A stretch of 64,000 bases of DNA from an uncultured Planctomycetia bacterium (GCA_964605645.1 CAZSDJ010000002.1:394-64393); one strand, 5' to 3'. Positions 8,809 to 19,021 are shown, counted from the first letter of the stretch. A program made the numbers and translations. Notes: a model not told the origin generated them from the sequence alone.

Positions 8809-9956
8809 CAGAAATTTTCCTTGCCTTTCGTTATCTTTTTCGAGGCCAAGCTCGCCATTTATCCTTTATCGGGCTAATGTCGATTACCGGAATTGTTTTA
8901 GGGGTAGCTACAGTAATTGTAGCAATGTCAATTGTTAACGGAATCGACGGATCTTTAATTCAACGCATAATGAAGTTCAAATACCATGTTGTTATAGATT
9001 CTTCCGATGAGCAAGTTTTATCCGGCTTAGCCAAAAAAATGGAAAAGAGAGAAGAAGTCAAAGAGGCATCTTTGTCGGCCCGAACTCAAGTTTTTGCAAA
9101 AATAGATGATACAATCATCCCTTTGGTAGTAAGAGGGTTTGATTTAGAAAAATTTTCTAAAGATCATTTTTTTGCCAAATACATAAAAGAAGATTTTGGT
9201 AATTCAGGTTTTTTTCTGGGAAAAGGGCTGCAGAGGAGGTTTTATTTACAAGATTCAATTAGTTTTTATCCTTTGCAAAAGAAACTATCTTTAGAAAAAG
9301 AGAAGATTAGAGGTTATTTTGAGACCGGCCTTTATGATGTAGATAATTATTATTTAATTGCTGATTTAAAGAAAGTAAAAAGCCTTTCACCCCACTATCA
9401 TCTTTTTTTAGGATTACGGGTTAGAGAACCTTTTGCGGCGGATAAAATAGCAGAAAAAATTTCTGAAAGCAATCCTGAAATTTTAGTTTCAACTTGGACT
9501 GATTCAAATCAAGACTTATTTGCTACTTTAAAATTAGAAAAAATTGCTTTATTTATTATTTTAACTTTAATTATTATAATTGCTTCCTTTAACATCTTTG
9601 CTACCTTAACAGTTAAAGTGGTGGAGAAAACAAAAGATATTGGGGTGCTTAAATCAATCGGGTTTACGAGCCGAAAGATATTATCGATATTTACTGTGCA
9701 AGGTTTAATTTTAGGGATAATGGGGTCAGGAGGGGGCATCTTGTTGGGGTTGGGATTATGTTATTTGTTAAAAACTTATCCTTTTATTAAGCTGCCCGCA
9801 GAGATCTTTTTTACTGAATATCTTCCGATAATTGTAGATTTAGGTGAAGTTGTAATTATTGGGTTAGTGGCAGTCTTTATTTCATTTTTATCAAGTATTT
9901 GGCCGGCTCTGCGAGCTTGCCGGCTTTGTCCAACCGAGGCATTGCGTTATGAGTAA
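8802..9956 (+). CDS. lolE: Lipoprotein-releasing ABC permease LolC/E family
   Basis: LAFRYL N-terminus, EKTKDIGVLKSIG, PTEALRYE end; adjacent to lolD. Confidence 0.85.
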   Translation: MLTEIFLAFRYLFRGQARHLSFIGLMSITGIVLGVATVIVAMSIVNGIDGSLIQRIMKFKYHVVIDSSDEQVLSGLAKKMEKREEVKEASLSARTQVFAKIDDTIIPLVVRGFDLEKFSKDHFFAKYIKEDFGNSGFFLGKGLQRRFYLQDSISFYPLQKKLSLEKEKIRGYFETGLYDVDNYYLIADLKKVKSLSPHYHLFLGLRVREPFAADKIAEKISESNPEILVSTWTDSNQDLFATLKLEKIALFIILTLIIIIASFNIFATLTVKVVEKTKDIGVLKSIGFTSRKILSIFTVQGLILGIMGSGGGILLGLGLCYLLKTYPFIKLPAEIFFTEYLPIIVDLGEVVIIGLVAVFISFLSSIWPALRACRLCPTEALRYE

Positions 9957-10623
9957 TTTAATTACGGTAAATAATTTAACTAAATTATACAAAACGCATC
10001 AATATCAAGTCAAAGCCATTGAGGGAGTATCTTTTTCAGCGAATAAAGGAGACTTTATATCTATTGTCGGCCCTTCCGGATCAGGTAAATCCACTCTTTT
10101 GCACAGTATCGGGGGGATTTTAGCTCCCGACAAAGGTGAAATCTTATATAAAGGGACAAATATTTACAAACAACGGGAAAGCAAAATTGCGAATTGGCGC
10201 AATAGCAACGTTGGTTTTGTTTTTCAATTTTATTATTTAATCGAAGAGCTTAACGTCTTAGAGAATATAGCTTTAGCTGGGTTTAAAGTTAAAAAAAAAT
10301 ATTCTTTTCAAAGGGCTCATAAATTGTTAGAATATTTTAGGTTGAGAAAAAGAAGTGGTTTTTATCCTTCTCAATTAAGCGGAGGGCAAAAACAAAAAGT
10401 TGCTATTGCCAGAGCTTTAATGAATAAACCGGATCTTCTTCTTTGTGATGAACCAACAGGGAATTTAGATCAAGGATCGCAGGAAAAAATTAAAGTTTTG
10501 CTTGATAAGATAAATAAAGAAGATAAAACTACTATAATTTTGGTGACCCATAACATAGAGTTAGCTCAAATGGCAAAAAGGGTAATGTTTATTGAGAACG
10601 GAAAGTTAAAAAACGGAGAATAA
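9949..10623 (+). CDS. lolD: Lipoprotein-releasing ABC ATPase
   Basis: GPSGSGKST, GFVFQFYYL, DEPTGNLD, VTHN. Confidence 0.85.
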   Translation: MSNLITVNNLTKLYKTHQYQVKAIEGVSFSANKGDFISIVGPSGSGKSTLLHSIGGILAPDKGEILYKGTNIYKQRESKIANWRNSNVGFVFQFYYLIEELNVLENIALAGFKVKKKYSFQRAHKLLEYFRLRKRSGFYPSQLSGGQKQKVAIARALMNKPDLLLCDEPTGNLDQGSQEKIKVLLDKINKEDKTTIILVTHNIELAQMAKRVMFIENGKLKNGE

Positions 10624-10629
10624 GTAGGA

Positions 10630-10774
10630 AAGATACAAGATACAAGAAACAAGATGCAAATAAATTCCAAATCCCAATATCCAATAATCAAACATAGACC
10701 AGAGGGGTAGTTTGAAAATTGGTTATTGTATCTTGGTTATTGTTTGTATCTTGTAACTTGTATCTTGGTTATTT
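10630..10774. repeat. Mirrored heptamer-array element (4x7 + 4 + 4x7 + 4 nt arm, 16-nt loop, mirror arm)
   Basis: AAGATAC AAGATAC AAGAAAC AAGATGC AAAT AAATTCC AAATCCC AATATCC AATAATC AAAC ... GTTT GAAAATT GGTTATT GTATCTT GGTTATT GTTT GTATCTT GTAACTT GTATCTT GGTTATT. Confidence 0.9.
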
Positions 10775-10831
10775 CGATTGTGCCTTGATTGTTGGTTGTT
10801 TTGATTACGAAAATGTTACAGGAGGAGTAAG

Positions 10832-11707
10832 ATGAAAGTATATCTTAATGGGAAGTTGGTAGATAAAAAGGATGCTAAAATTTCTGTATTTGATCATGGT
10901 TATTTGTATGGAGATGGTGTTTTTGAGGGGATAAGATCTTATAATCAGTTAGTTTTTAAGTTAGACGAGCATATAGGCCGTCTTTATGAATCAGCGCATT
11001 CGATAATGCTGCAGTTTCCTTTTACCAAGAAACAAATGGAAAAAGCAATAATTACAACTATTAAGGCAAATAAATTGAAAGATGCCTACATCAGGGTTAT
11101 TTTGTCACGAGGCGAGGGTGATCTTGGCCTTGATCCCAGAAAGTGTAAGGGTAATCATACTTTAGTTATTATAGCTGATAGAATCTCACTTTTTCCGAAT
11201 GAACTTTATAAACAAGGGATGGAAATAGTAACCGTTCCTACAGTGAGAAATTTACTGGAGGCGGTAAACCCGCAAATAAAATCTTTAAATTATTTGAATA
11301 ATGTTTTAGCAAAGATAGAAGCAATAAATTCCGGGCATCAGGAAGGGCTGATGTTAGACCATCTTGGTTATGTGGCGGAATGCACCGGAGAAAATATTTT
11401 TGTGATAAAAAGAGGGGAACTTTACACTCCACCTCAATGCATGGGTACTTTACGCGGGATTACCAGAGACACCGTGTTAGGCCTTGCCAAAAAATTAAAA
11501 ATTCCTGCCCATGAACATGTGTTAAGCAGGCATGAATTTTACATTAGTGACGAATCTTTTTTAACCGGAACTGCTGCAGAAATTGTGCCGGTAGTGAAAG
11601 TCGATGGCAGAAAAATCGGGGATGGGAAACCGGGTAAAGTTACGAAAAAAATAATGAAAGAGTTTCATAAATTAACTAAGAAGGATGGAGTCAAATATAG
11701 TTTATAA
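10832..11707 (+). CDS. ilvE: Branched-chain amino acid aminotransferase
   Basis: DHGYLYGDGVFEGIR, IKSLNYLNN, ECTGENIF, LRGITR, TGTAAEIVPV; AGGAGG SD. Confidence 0.95.
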   Translation: MKVYLNGKLVDKKDAKISVFDHGYLYGDGVFEGIRSYNQLVFKLDEHIGRLYESAHSIMLQFPFTKKQMEKAIITTIKANKLKDAYIRVILSRGEGDLGLDPRKCKGNHTLVIIADRISLFPNELYKQGMEIVTVPTVRNLLEAVNPQIKSLNYLNNVLAKIEAINSGHQEGLMLDHLGYVAECTGENIFVIKRGELYTPPQCMGTLRGITRDTVLGLAKKLKIPAHEHVLSRHEFYISDESFLTGTAAEIVPVVKVDGRKIGDGKPGKVTKKIMKEFHKLTKKDGVKYSL

Positions 11708-11756
11708 TTAAAAAAATTAGATAATGTTAAAAATTTAATGAAAAATGAAATAATAT

Positions 11757-11790
11757 TGTCATTGCGAGGAGCACAGCGACGAAGCAATCT
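11757..11790 (+). repeat. Half copy of GTCATTGCGAG...CGAAGCAATCT palindromic (REP/RPE-like) element
   Basis: TGTCATTGCGAGGAGCACAGCGACGAAGCAATCT, near-identical to 53895-53929. Confidence 0.75.
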
Positions 11791-11806
11791 TTATGACTGG
11801 CGAGGA

Positions 11807-11982
11807 ATAAAGTATTCGCTAAATAATTTCATTAAGTATAAAGGCATCTCGCCGAGGAAGTTGGCTCGATGTCATTAAAAATAAAGGTATTCGTTGAAGA
11901 ATAATATTAGGTATAAGGCATCTCGCCGAGGAAGTCGGCTCGATGTCATTAAAAATAAAGGTATTCGCTAAATATATTCATT
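11807..11982 (+). repeat. About 2.4 tandem copies of a 74-bp unit containing a GC-rich hairpin, upstream of clpC
   Basis: AAGGCATCTCGCCGAGGAAGT(T/C)GGCTCGATGTCATTAAAAATAAAGGTATTCG at 11841-11893 and 11915-11967. Confidence 0.9.
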
Positions 11983-12000
11983 TTTAATGAGGAGGGGAAG

Positions 12001-14442
12001 ATGTTTAATCGATTTACGGAACGGGCCAGAAAGGTATTAGTGTTAGCAAAAGAAGAATCAAGGAGATTTAATCATGATTATATCGGCACAGAACATATTC
12101 TTCTCGGTTTAATCCGAGAAGGAGAAGGCGTTGCTTGTGCTGTTTTACAAAATATTGGTATGGATTTAGGGCGCCTGCGGGCCGAAATAGAAAAGCTGAT
12201 GTCGCCGGGCAGCACAGCATCAGTTTTAGGAGATATCCCTTTTACGCCGCGGGCAAAAAAAGCATTAGAACTTGCTACCGAAGAGGCGCGGGGATTAGGG
12301 CATAATTACATCGGCACAGAACATATTTTGTTGGGGTTATTGCGGGAAGAAGAGGGGATTGCTTCTCAGGTTCTTTTTTCGTTAGGGGTAGATATCAAAA
12401 AAGCAAAAAATGAAATAGCTGCACTTTTAGGGGGAGTGTCAGAATCGAGCCGCGCTCAATCAAAAAGAACTGCATCGAGGACCCCGGCTCTAGATTCTTT
12501 TGGCAAGGACCTTACTAAATTACAAAAAGAAGGCGAATTGGATCCGGTTATCGGCAGGAAAGCGGAAATTGAAAGAGTAATCCAGATTTTGTCGCGGCGA
12601 ACCAAGAATAATCCGGTGCTGTTGGGAGAAGCCGGAGTGGGCAAAACTGCGATTGTAGAGGGGTTGGCACAAAGTGTTGTGAGAGGCGATGTGCCGGAGA
12701 TTTTACGCAATAAGAGGATAATAGTACTTGATTTAGCATTGATGATTGCCGGGACTAAATACAGAGGCCAGTTTGAAGAGCGAATTAAAGCGGTGATGGA
12801 AGAAATTAAACGTTCTAAAGATGTAATAATTTTTGTTGATGAACTTCATACTTTAGTTGGCGCAGGAGCTGCGGAAGGCGCAATTGATGCATCAAATATT
12901 TTAAAACCGGCATTATCAAGAGGAGAAATCCAATGTATCGGAGCAACAACCTTAGATGAGTATCGCAAGCACATTGAAAAAGATGCAGCTCTGGAGAGAA
13001 GGTTTCAGATGATTTTTGTGGAACCAAATACCGTATCAGAAACAATTCAAATTTTAGAAGGCTTAAGAGACAAGTATGAAGCTCATCATCGCGTGAAATT
13101 TACTGATGAATCTCTTGCAGCTGCGGCTAAATTTTCAGATCGTTATGTTTCAGGCCGGTTCTTACCGGATAAAGCTATTGATTTAATTGATGAAGCAGGA
13201 GCAAGGTCTCGGCTTGCAATATTAACTGCTCCGGATGGAGTAAAAAAAATAGAAGATAAAATCTCGGAAATAGTTAGAGAAAAAGAAGCTTTTATCAGGC
13301 AGCAAGATTTTGAACAGGCAGCAAAATTGAGGGATGAAGAAAAAAAACTGCGTTTTGAACTCGAAGATTTAAGGCGTGAATGGGGGAAAAAGAGAGATAA
13401 AATTTCACCGGAGGTAAAGGAAGAGGATATTGCTAAATTGGTTTCACAAATAACAGGAGTACCTACTTATCGGTTAGAGCAAAAAGAATCAGAAAAATTA
13501 ATGAAGATGGAAGATTATTTATCGAAAAAAGTTATTGGCCAAGCAGAACCAATTCATGCGATTTCGCGGGCGGTACGCAGGGCCAGAGCCGGGGTTAAGG
13601 AACCGCGCCGGCCGATTGGTTCTTTTATGTTTTTAGGCCCTACTGGGGTAGGGAAAACTTTATTGGCAAGAGCCTTAACGGAATTTATGTTTGGTAATGA
13701 AGAATCATTAATTCAGTTGGATATGAGTGAATATATGGAAAAATTTAATGTATCAAGGCTGGTAGGGGCTCCGCCGGGTTATGTTGGCTATGAAGAAGGC
13801 GGGCAATTAACCGAAAGGGTAAGGCGGAGGCCGTATTCTGTAATTTTGTTGGATGAGATAGAAAAGGCACATCCTGATGTATACAATCTGTTACTCCAGA
13901 TTTTAGAAGAAGGCCGTCTCACTGACAGTTATGGGCGATCGGTAGATTTTAGAAATGTAATCTTGATTATGACTTCTAACGTAGGAGCAGATATTATTCG
14001 TCAAAAAGGGTCGTTAGGGTTTAAATCCAAGCAGGAAGGTGTTGGTTATCAGGAAATGAAAACAGCCTTATTAGATGAGGTTAAAAAGAAATTTAAGCCG
14101 GAATTTCTAAACAGGTTAGATGAAATTACGGTTTTTAAATCTTTAGATAAAAAATCATTAGAAAAAATAGTTGAAATAGAAATAGGGTATGTAAACCGGC
14201 GGCTTCAAGATCAAGGTTTTGTGGTAAAACTTAGCCCGGGAGCTAAGGATTTTTTTATTGAAAAAGGCTTTGATCCAAGTTATGGGGCCCGGCCCTTAAA
14301 AAGAGTTATCCAGAGATTTTTAGAAGACCCTTTAGCCGAGGATATTATTAAAGGCAGATTTTCCGAAAGAATAAAGAAGGCAAAAGAAAAGCCAATTACA
14401 ATTAAAGCTTTAAAAAAAGGACAAATATTAAAATTTGAATGA
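12001..14442 (+). CDS. clpC: ATP-dependent Clp protease ATP-binding subunit ClpC
   Basis: [12 protein letters not shown], two Clp-N repeats, GEAGVGKT and GPTGVGKT Walker A motifs, UVR-like middle domain. Confidence 0.96.
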   Translation: MFNRFTERARKVLVLAKEESRRFNHDYIGTEHILLGLIREGEGVACAVLQNIGMDLGRLRAEIEKLMSPGSTASVLGDIPFTPRAKKALELATEEARGLGHNYIGTEHILLGLLREEEGIASQVLFSLGVDIKKAKNEIAALLGGVSESSRAQSKRTASRTPALDSFGKDLTKLQKEGELDPVIGRKAEIERVIQILSRRTKNNPVLLGEAGVGKTAIVEGLAQSVVRGDVPEILRNKRIIVLDLALMIAGTKYRGQFEERIKAVMEEIKRSKDVIIFVDELHTLVGAGAAEGAIDASNILKPALSRGEIQCIGATTLDEYRKHIEKDAALERRFQMIFVEPNTVSETIQILEGLRDKYEAHHRVKFTDESLAAAAKFSDRYVSGRFLPDKAIDLIDEAGARSRLAILTAPDGVKKIEDKISEIVREKEAFIRQQDFEQAAKLRDEEKKLRFELEDLRREWGKKRDKISPEVKEEDIAKLVSQITGVPTYRLEQKESEKLMKMEDYLSKKVIGQAEPIHAISRAVRRARAGVKEPRRPIGSFMFLGPTGVGKTLLARALTEFMFGNEESLIQLDMSEYMEKFNVSRLVGAPPGYVGYEEGGQLTERVRRRPYSVILLDEIEKAHPDVYNLLLQILEEGRLTDSYGRSVDFRNVILIMTSNVGADIIRQKGSLGFKSKQEGVGYQEMKTALLDEVKKKFKPEFLNRLDEITVFKSLDKKSLEKIVEIEIGYVNRRLQDQGFVVKLSPGAKDFFIEKGFDPSYGARPLKRVIQRFLEDPLAEDIIKGRFSERIKKAKEKPITIKALKKGQILKFE

Positions 14443-15308
14443 AGAAAAATGCAGTAATTTTTTTGTTTTCGTTGATTTTGTTTTTTTTGGTTGAGAGTAA
14501 AGTATATCCGGGGTACGTTGAAATTGATGTAAACCGGAAAAATATTAAAATAAAGGATATTTCTTTCGGTGAAAATGGTATTTCCGGAAATTTTAATTAT
14601 CAAATTGATAAAGAAGATGGAAGAATAATCTTTTTGATAAAGAGAAAAAATTTAAAGTTAGGGGGTAAAGAACTAAAAAATGTTCAAGTAAATCTAGAGA
14701 AAAAAGGAAATATTTTATTCTTCAATGAAATTAAATCATCGCGATTTTCGGGGACAGGAACTGTTGATTTAAAAGAAGAAAAAATTTTGTTTAACTTTAG
14801 CGGTACCTGGCAGGAAAACTTGGAGTATTTTAAAGGTGATATCAATTTACAGGCAAAAATTTGGGGTGATTTTGATAGTTTTTTAATAAGCGGGAATTTT
14901 ATAGTAACTGATGGAGTCTATGAAGGAATTTCTTTTAAGAAACTTCGCTGTAGTTTTGTCGGAACTCCGCCTGTATTTAATGTTACAGACGCTAAAGTAA
15001 TTCTTCATGAAGGGAGTATTTTTGAGTTAAAAGGAAATTTAGATATTAGGGATTCGGAAAATTTTTTCCCGGGTGCAGAGTTTCTCTCAGAAAAATTATT
15101 TGTTGATGGGTGGCAAATTTTTGGCGAAGAAGAAGAAGTGGGGCTAAAAAAGCAAATAGATGATAAGTTTAATGTTGAAATAGATACTGAGCGTGAAGCT
15201 GAAAGCGGTACGGAGCTAAGATACAGTCTGGAAAACGATAATTTTTTAAAATTAAGAATGCAGGAAGAAGAAACTATTTTAGGCCTTGAGAAGAAAAAAG
15301 AATTTTAA
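14439..15308 (+). CDS. Exported beta-rich hypothetical protein (possibly AsmA/TamB-like)
   Basis: N-terminal signal peptide, alternating amphipathic beta pattern, lies directly upstream of mlaEFD. Confidence 0.6.
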   Translation: MKKNAVIFLFSLILFFLVESKVYPGYVEIDVNRKNIKIKDISFGENGISGNFNYQIDKEDGRIIFLIKRKNLKLGGKELKNVQVNLEKKGNILFFNEIKSSRFSGTGTVDLKEEKILFNFSGTWQENLEYFKGDINLQAKIWGDFDSFLISGNFIVTDGVYEGISFKKLRCSFVGTPPVFNVTDAKVILHEGSIFELKGNLDIRDSENFFPGAEFLSEKLFVDGWQIFGEEEEVGLKKQIDDKFNVEIDTEREAESGTELRYSLENDNFLKLRMQEEETILGLEKKKEF

Positions 15309-15313
15309 GAGAA

Positions 15314-16072
15314 ATGTTTTTATTCAAGCAAATCGAAGATTTTTTTTATTATATTGGCGGTATTGTTTGTTTTATAAAAGAAATATTTTATTGGTTGTTT
15401 ACAAAAAAAAGAGATTTAAAAATTGTAGGACGTGAAATAATTTTTGCCGGCATTGACAGTTTCTTTTTAGTGTCTTTGATTGCTTTTTTTATCGGGATGA
15501 TTATTGCCTTCCAAACTGCTTATCAATTACAGCAGTTTAAATCAGAAATTCACTTAGCTTCTTTGGTAGCTTTGTCCTTGGTGAGAGAGCTTGGCCCGGT
15601 GATTACAGCTTTAATTGTTGCAGCCAGAAGCGGTGCTTCAATAACAGCAGGCATTGGCTCAATGAAGATTAGTGAGCAAGTAGATGCATTGGAAGTTTTT
15701 GGTGTAGAGCCGATTGATTATTTGGTAGTACCAAAATTTATTGCACTGGTAATTTGTTTGCCGGTTTTGGTTATTTATGCTGATTTATTAGGAATATTTG
15801 GCGGTTATTTAGTTGGTTCATTGAAATTTTCGATGCCTTTTAATTTATATATGAGAATGACTTTAGAGTCTTTGAGCTTAATTGATGTTGTAAGCGGCCT
15901 GGTCAAGAGTGTATTTTTTGGCAGTATTATTGCTATTATTTGTTGTTTTGAAGGTTTTAAGCCTTTTTCTTCGATAGATGTATCAAAAGTCGTAACGCGC
16001 TCTATCGTTCGTTCTTTTATCTTAATTATTATTTTTGATTGCATACTAACGGCATTTTTTTATTTTATATGA
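15314..16072 (+). CDS. mlaE: MlaE-family lipid ABC permease
   Basis: RELGPVITALIVAARSG, MKISEQVDALEV. Confidence 0.92.
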   Translation: MFLFKQIEDFFYYIGGIVCFIKEIFYWLFTKKRDLKIVGREIIFAGIDSFFLVSLIAFFIGMIIAFQTAYQLQQFKSEIHLASLVALSLVRELGPVITALIVAARSGASITAGIGSMKISEQVDALEVFGVEPIDYLVVPKFIALVICLPVLVIYADLLGIFGGYLVGSLKFSMPFNLYMRMTLESLSLIDVVSGLVKSVFFGSIIAIICCFEGFKPFSSIDVSKVVTRSIVRSFILIIIFDCILTAFFYFI

Positions 16073-16833
16073 AAAGTGAGATGATTAAATTATCGGATGT
16101 AAAAAGATCCTTTGGAGAAAAAAATGTTCTCAAAGGCATAAGTTTAGGGGTGAATAAAGGAGAAACATTTTTGTTGATTGGAAGAAGCGGAGCGGGAAAA
16201 ACCGTTTTACTTAAATCTATTTTAGGTTTGTTGCGGCCGGATTCAGGAACAATTATTGTTGACGGGCAGGAGATTACTCAATTAGTTAAACTAAAATTAG
16301 AAAAAATTAGGCTTAAGTTTGGATTAGTGTTTCAAAATAGCGCGCTTTTTGATTTTTTAACTGTTTGGGAAAATGTAAGTTTTTTCTTTAAACAACACAC
16401 CAAAATGTCCAAGCAAGAGATGCGAAAAAAAGTTACTAAAACTCTTGCTTTGGTGGGGCTAGAGGGGATAGAGGACATGTATCCTTATGAGTTAAGCGGG
16501 GGGATGCGGAAAAGAGTAGCTATTGCCCGGGCAATTATTTATAATCCGAAAATTGTGATTTATGATGAGCCGACAACGGGGATTGATCCGATTGCAGTAG
16601 ATAAAATTGTTTCGTTGATAAAAGATTTACACAGCCGGCTTGCTGTTACTTCGATAGTTGTAACTCATGATTTAGAAACGGGTTTAAAATTGGCAGATAG
16701 AGTAGCTTTTTTGTTAGGTGGTAAGATCATTTTTGAAGGCAAAAAAGAAGAGGTGGAAAATACAAACGATAAACGATTAATTCAATTTATTGAAGGTGCC
16801 TCCGGAGGGCCGATAAGGGAGATGGAAGTATAA
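16069..16833 (+). CDS. mlaF: MlaF-family ABC ATPase
   Basis: GRSGAGKT, FQNSALFD, LSGGMRKRVAIAR, YDEPTTGIDP. Confidence 0.92.
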   Translation: MKSEMIKLSDVKRSFGEKNVLKGISLGVNKGETFLLIGRSGAGKTVLLKSILGLLRPDSGTIIVDGQEITQLVKLKLEKIRLKFGLVFQNSALFDFLTVWENVSFFFKQHTKMSKQEMRKKVTKTLALVGLEGIEDMYPYELSGGMRKRVAIARAIIYNPKIVIYDEPTTGIDPIAVDKIVSLIKDLHSRLAVTSIVVTHDLETGLKLADRVAFLLGGKIIFEGKKEEVENTNDKRLIQFIEGASGGPIREMEV

Positions 16834-16837
16834 AGGT

Positions 16838-16887
16838 AAGTCCAAAGTTTTTTGACATAGGACGTAGGACATAGGACGATGGACTAT
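16838..16887. repeat. GTCC/GGAC heptamer element: truncated left arm plus 5-unit right arm
   Basis: AAGTCCAAAGT ... TGACATA GGACGTA GGACATA GGACGAT GGACTAT. Confidence 0.85.
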
Positions 16888-16905
16888 AAAAAGGGAGGAA
16901 TATAG

Positions 16906-17610
16906 GTGAGTAAGAATTTGTGGGAAATTAGAAAAAGGTTTTCTTATATAAAAGTGGGTGTATTTTTTTTAGGAGGGGTATCTTTATTGTTTATAGCCTT
17001 GGTAGCAATTAAAGATATTAATTTATTCAAACAAGGTTATAAAATACAAGTTATTTTTGATTTTGCAGAAGGCATGAAAAGAGCTTCACCGGTGCGGTTT
17101 TGCGGGGTTGATATAGGTGAGGTGCAAGAAGTAGTAGTTGTAAATAGTACAAAAGGGCCTCATGTTCAGGCTAGAGTTAACCTGGAAAAGGGAGTAAAAA
17201 TACCAAAAGGTTCTTATTTTTTTATAAATAGTTTAAGTTTATTTGGTGAAAAATATTTGGAAATTACTCCGCCGGAAGAGTTTTCCGGGTATATAAAAGA
17301 GGGAGAAACGATTAAAGGAATATCACCGGTACCTCTTTTTAAGTTATTTGCTGATTTTAGTAAAACTATGGATGAACTAAGAAGCTTTGTGAAGGAAGGC
17401 GAAATTAAAGAATCTTTAGAAAATACGATGAAAAATTTAGAAGAGATTAGCTTGGAAGCTAAAAAGTTAATATTAGATGTAAGGGATAAAAAAGGTACAA
17501 TCGGAAAATTGTTTTATGATGATTCGCTCTATCAAGAAACAGAAGAGTTTATCTCAGATATAAAGAAAAACCCCTGGAAGCTATTATACAAACCGAAAGA
17601 GGGGAGATAG
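16906..17610 (+). CDS. mlaD: MlaD/MCE-domain protein
   Basis: IKVGVF TM segment, AEGMKRASPVRFCGVDIGEV, LFGEKYLEITP, GTIGKL, KKNPWKLL. Confidence 0.9.
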   Translation: MSKNLWEIRKRFSYIKVGVFFLGGVSLLFIALVAIKDINLFKQGYKIQVIFDFAEGMKRASPVRFCGVDIGEVQEVVVVNSTKGPHVQARVNLEKGVKIPKGSYFFINSLSLFGEKYLEITPPEEFSGYIKEGETIKGISPVPLFKLFADFSKTMDELRSFVKEGEIKESLENTMKNLEEISLEAKKLILDVRDKKGTIGKLFYDDSLYQETEEFISDIKKNPWKLLYKPKEGR

Positions 17611-17621
17611 TAGGAGTTTAA

Positions 17622-17670
17622 AAAGTTAAATGTCACACGTCTCAAACTAACATATGACTTGTGACTTTAA
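17622..17670. repeat. Degenerate GTCA/TGAC heptamer inverted array between mlaD and radA
   Basis: AAAGTTA AATGTCA CACGTCT ... TGACTTG TGACTTT. Confidence 0.45.
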
Positions 17671-17674
17671 TATT

Positions 17675-19015
17675 ATGTATAGTTGTAAAGAATGCGGATA
17701 TCAATCAATAAAGTGGATGGGTAAGTGCCCTAATTGCGGGGGTTGGGAAACTTTTTTGCAAAAAATTAGTGAATCTTCTTCCCGAAAATTAAAATCTCGG
17801 CCCAAATCAGTTCCTCGTCTGCTTAAAGATATTGGTAAAATAAAAAACGAAAGAACAAAAACTGATCTTTCTGAATTTGACCGGATTTTGGGCGGAGGGT
17901 TAATAGCCGGCCAGGTAATATTGATTGGAGGTGAACCGGGGATTGGAAAATCTACGCTTTTGCTGGAGGTAGCTTCTAAATTATCAAAAGAAGGAAAAAC
18001 TATGTATGTAAGTGCTGAAGAATCGCCGCAGCAAATTGGAGTTAGAGCTGAGCGCCTGGCAAATGTTTATCCCGAAAAACTTTATATTAGTGATGAAGAA
18101 AGAGTGGAAAATATTTATAAAACTATTGAATCAGAAGGATTTCAATTTGTAGTTGTAGATTCTATTCAAGTTATGACTAGTGCTTTTGCCGACGGTGCCA
18201 AGGGGAGTGTTCTTTCGGTCAGAAGTTGTGCTGATTATCTAACTCAGGCAGCAAAAGCGTTAGGAGTTGTAATATTTATAGTGGGGCACGTTACAAAGTC
18301 GGGTACAATCGCCGGGCCTAAGCTGCTTGAACATATTGTAGATAGTGTACTTTATTTTGAGGGTGAAACTCTATCTAATTATCGAATTTTACGTTCAATT
18401 AAAAACCGATTTGGGCCAACGGGCGATATTGCTGTTTTTGATATGACATCCAGCGGTTTATCGGAAGTTAAAAAGATTAATGATATTTTTTTGCCGCATA
18501 AAAAAGAATCGTCTCCCGGGAGTTGTGTTATTTGCCCTTTACAAGGTTCGCGTCCAATTTTAGTTGAACTGCAATCACTTGTAAGCCGGGCAACTTTTGG
18601 AACAGTAAGAAGAAGAAGCTTAGGTTTTGATTTTAATCGATTTTCTTTATTGGTTGCGATAATTGAAAAAAGGTTGAAGGCTAAAATATCCGGTGAAGAT
18701 ATTTTTTTAAATGTTGCCGGCGGCCTGCGTATCAATGATCCGGCTGCAGATTTAGGGGCGGTAGTTGCGATTATCTCCAGTTTTTTAGAAAAAAAAGTTC
18801 CTGCCGGAGGGGTATTTATTGGTGAAGTGGGGTTAGGAGGAGAGTTAAGGAAAGTTCGGGATATAAATTCAAGGTTGCGAGAAATAGAGAGGGCAAATTT
18901 CACTTATTGTTATTTGCCTGAGGCTAACAAAAAAGAAGTGGATAAAAAATTTGTGAATAAGGTTTTTGGTTTTTCCAATTTAGGAGAAATTTATCAGGAA
19001 CTTTTTAAAAGTTGA
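17675..19015 (+). CDS. radA: DNA repair protein RadA/Sms
   Basis: C4 zinc finger CKECG..KCPNCGGW, GEPGIGKSTLL, KNRFG motif. Confidence 0.96.
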   Translation: MYSCKECGYQSIKWMGKCPNCGGWETFLQKISESSSRKLKSRPKSVPRLLKDIGKIKNERTKTDLSEFDRILGGGLIAGQVILIGGEPGIGKSTLLLEVASKLSKEGKTMYVSAEESPQQIGVRAERLANVYPEKLYISDEERVENIYKTIESEGFQFVVVDSIQVMTSAFADGAKGSVLSVRSCADYLTQAAKALGVVIFIVGHVTKSGTIAGPKLLEHIVDSVLYFEGETLSNYRILRSIKNRFGPTGDIAVFDMTSSGLSEVKKINDIFLPHKKESSPGSCVICPLQGSRPILVELQSLVSRATFGTVRRRSLGFDFNRFSLLVAIIEKRLKAKISGEDIFLNVAGGLRINDPAADLGAVVAIISSFLEKKVPAGGVFIGEVGLGGELRKVRDINSRLREIERANFTYCYLPEANKKEVDKKFVNKVFGFSNLGEIYQELFKS

Positions 19016-19021
19016 TATTGT

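Noticed and set aside
10630-10774. Rho-independent terminator or IS terminal repeats
   Set aside because: No compact GC stem with a U-tract, no transposase or target duplication; the periodic mismatched architecture fits neither.
11807-11982. Possible CRISPR mini-array
   Set aside because: Only two full repeats of about 53 bp, the intervening ~21-nt segments are related to each other, and no cas genes are present; treated as a tandem repeat.
18379-18903. 174-aa minus-strand ORF, and similar short antisense ORFs such as 34110-34652 and 45590-45922
   Set aside because: They lie antisense to well-conserved genes and show no recognisable motifs or RBS.
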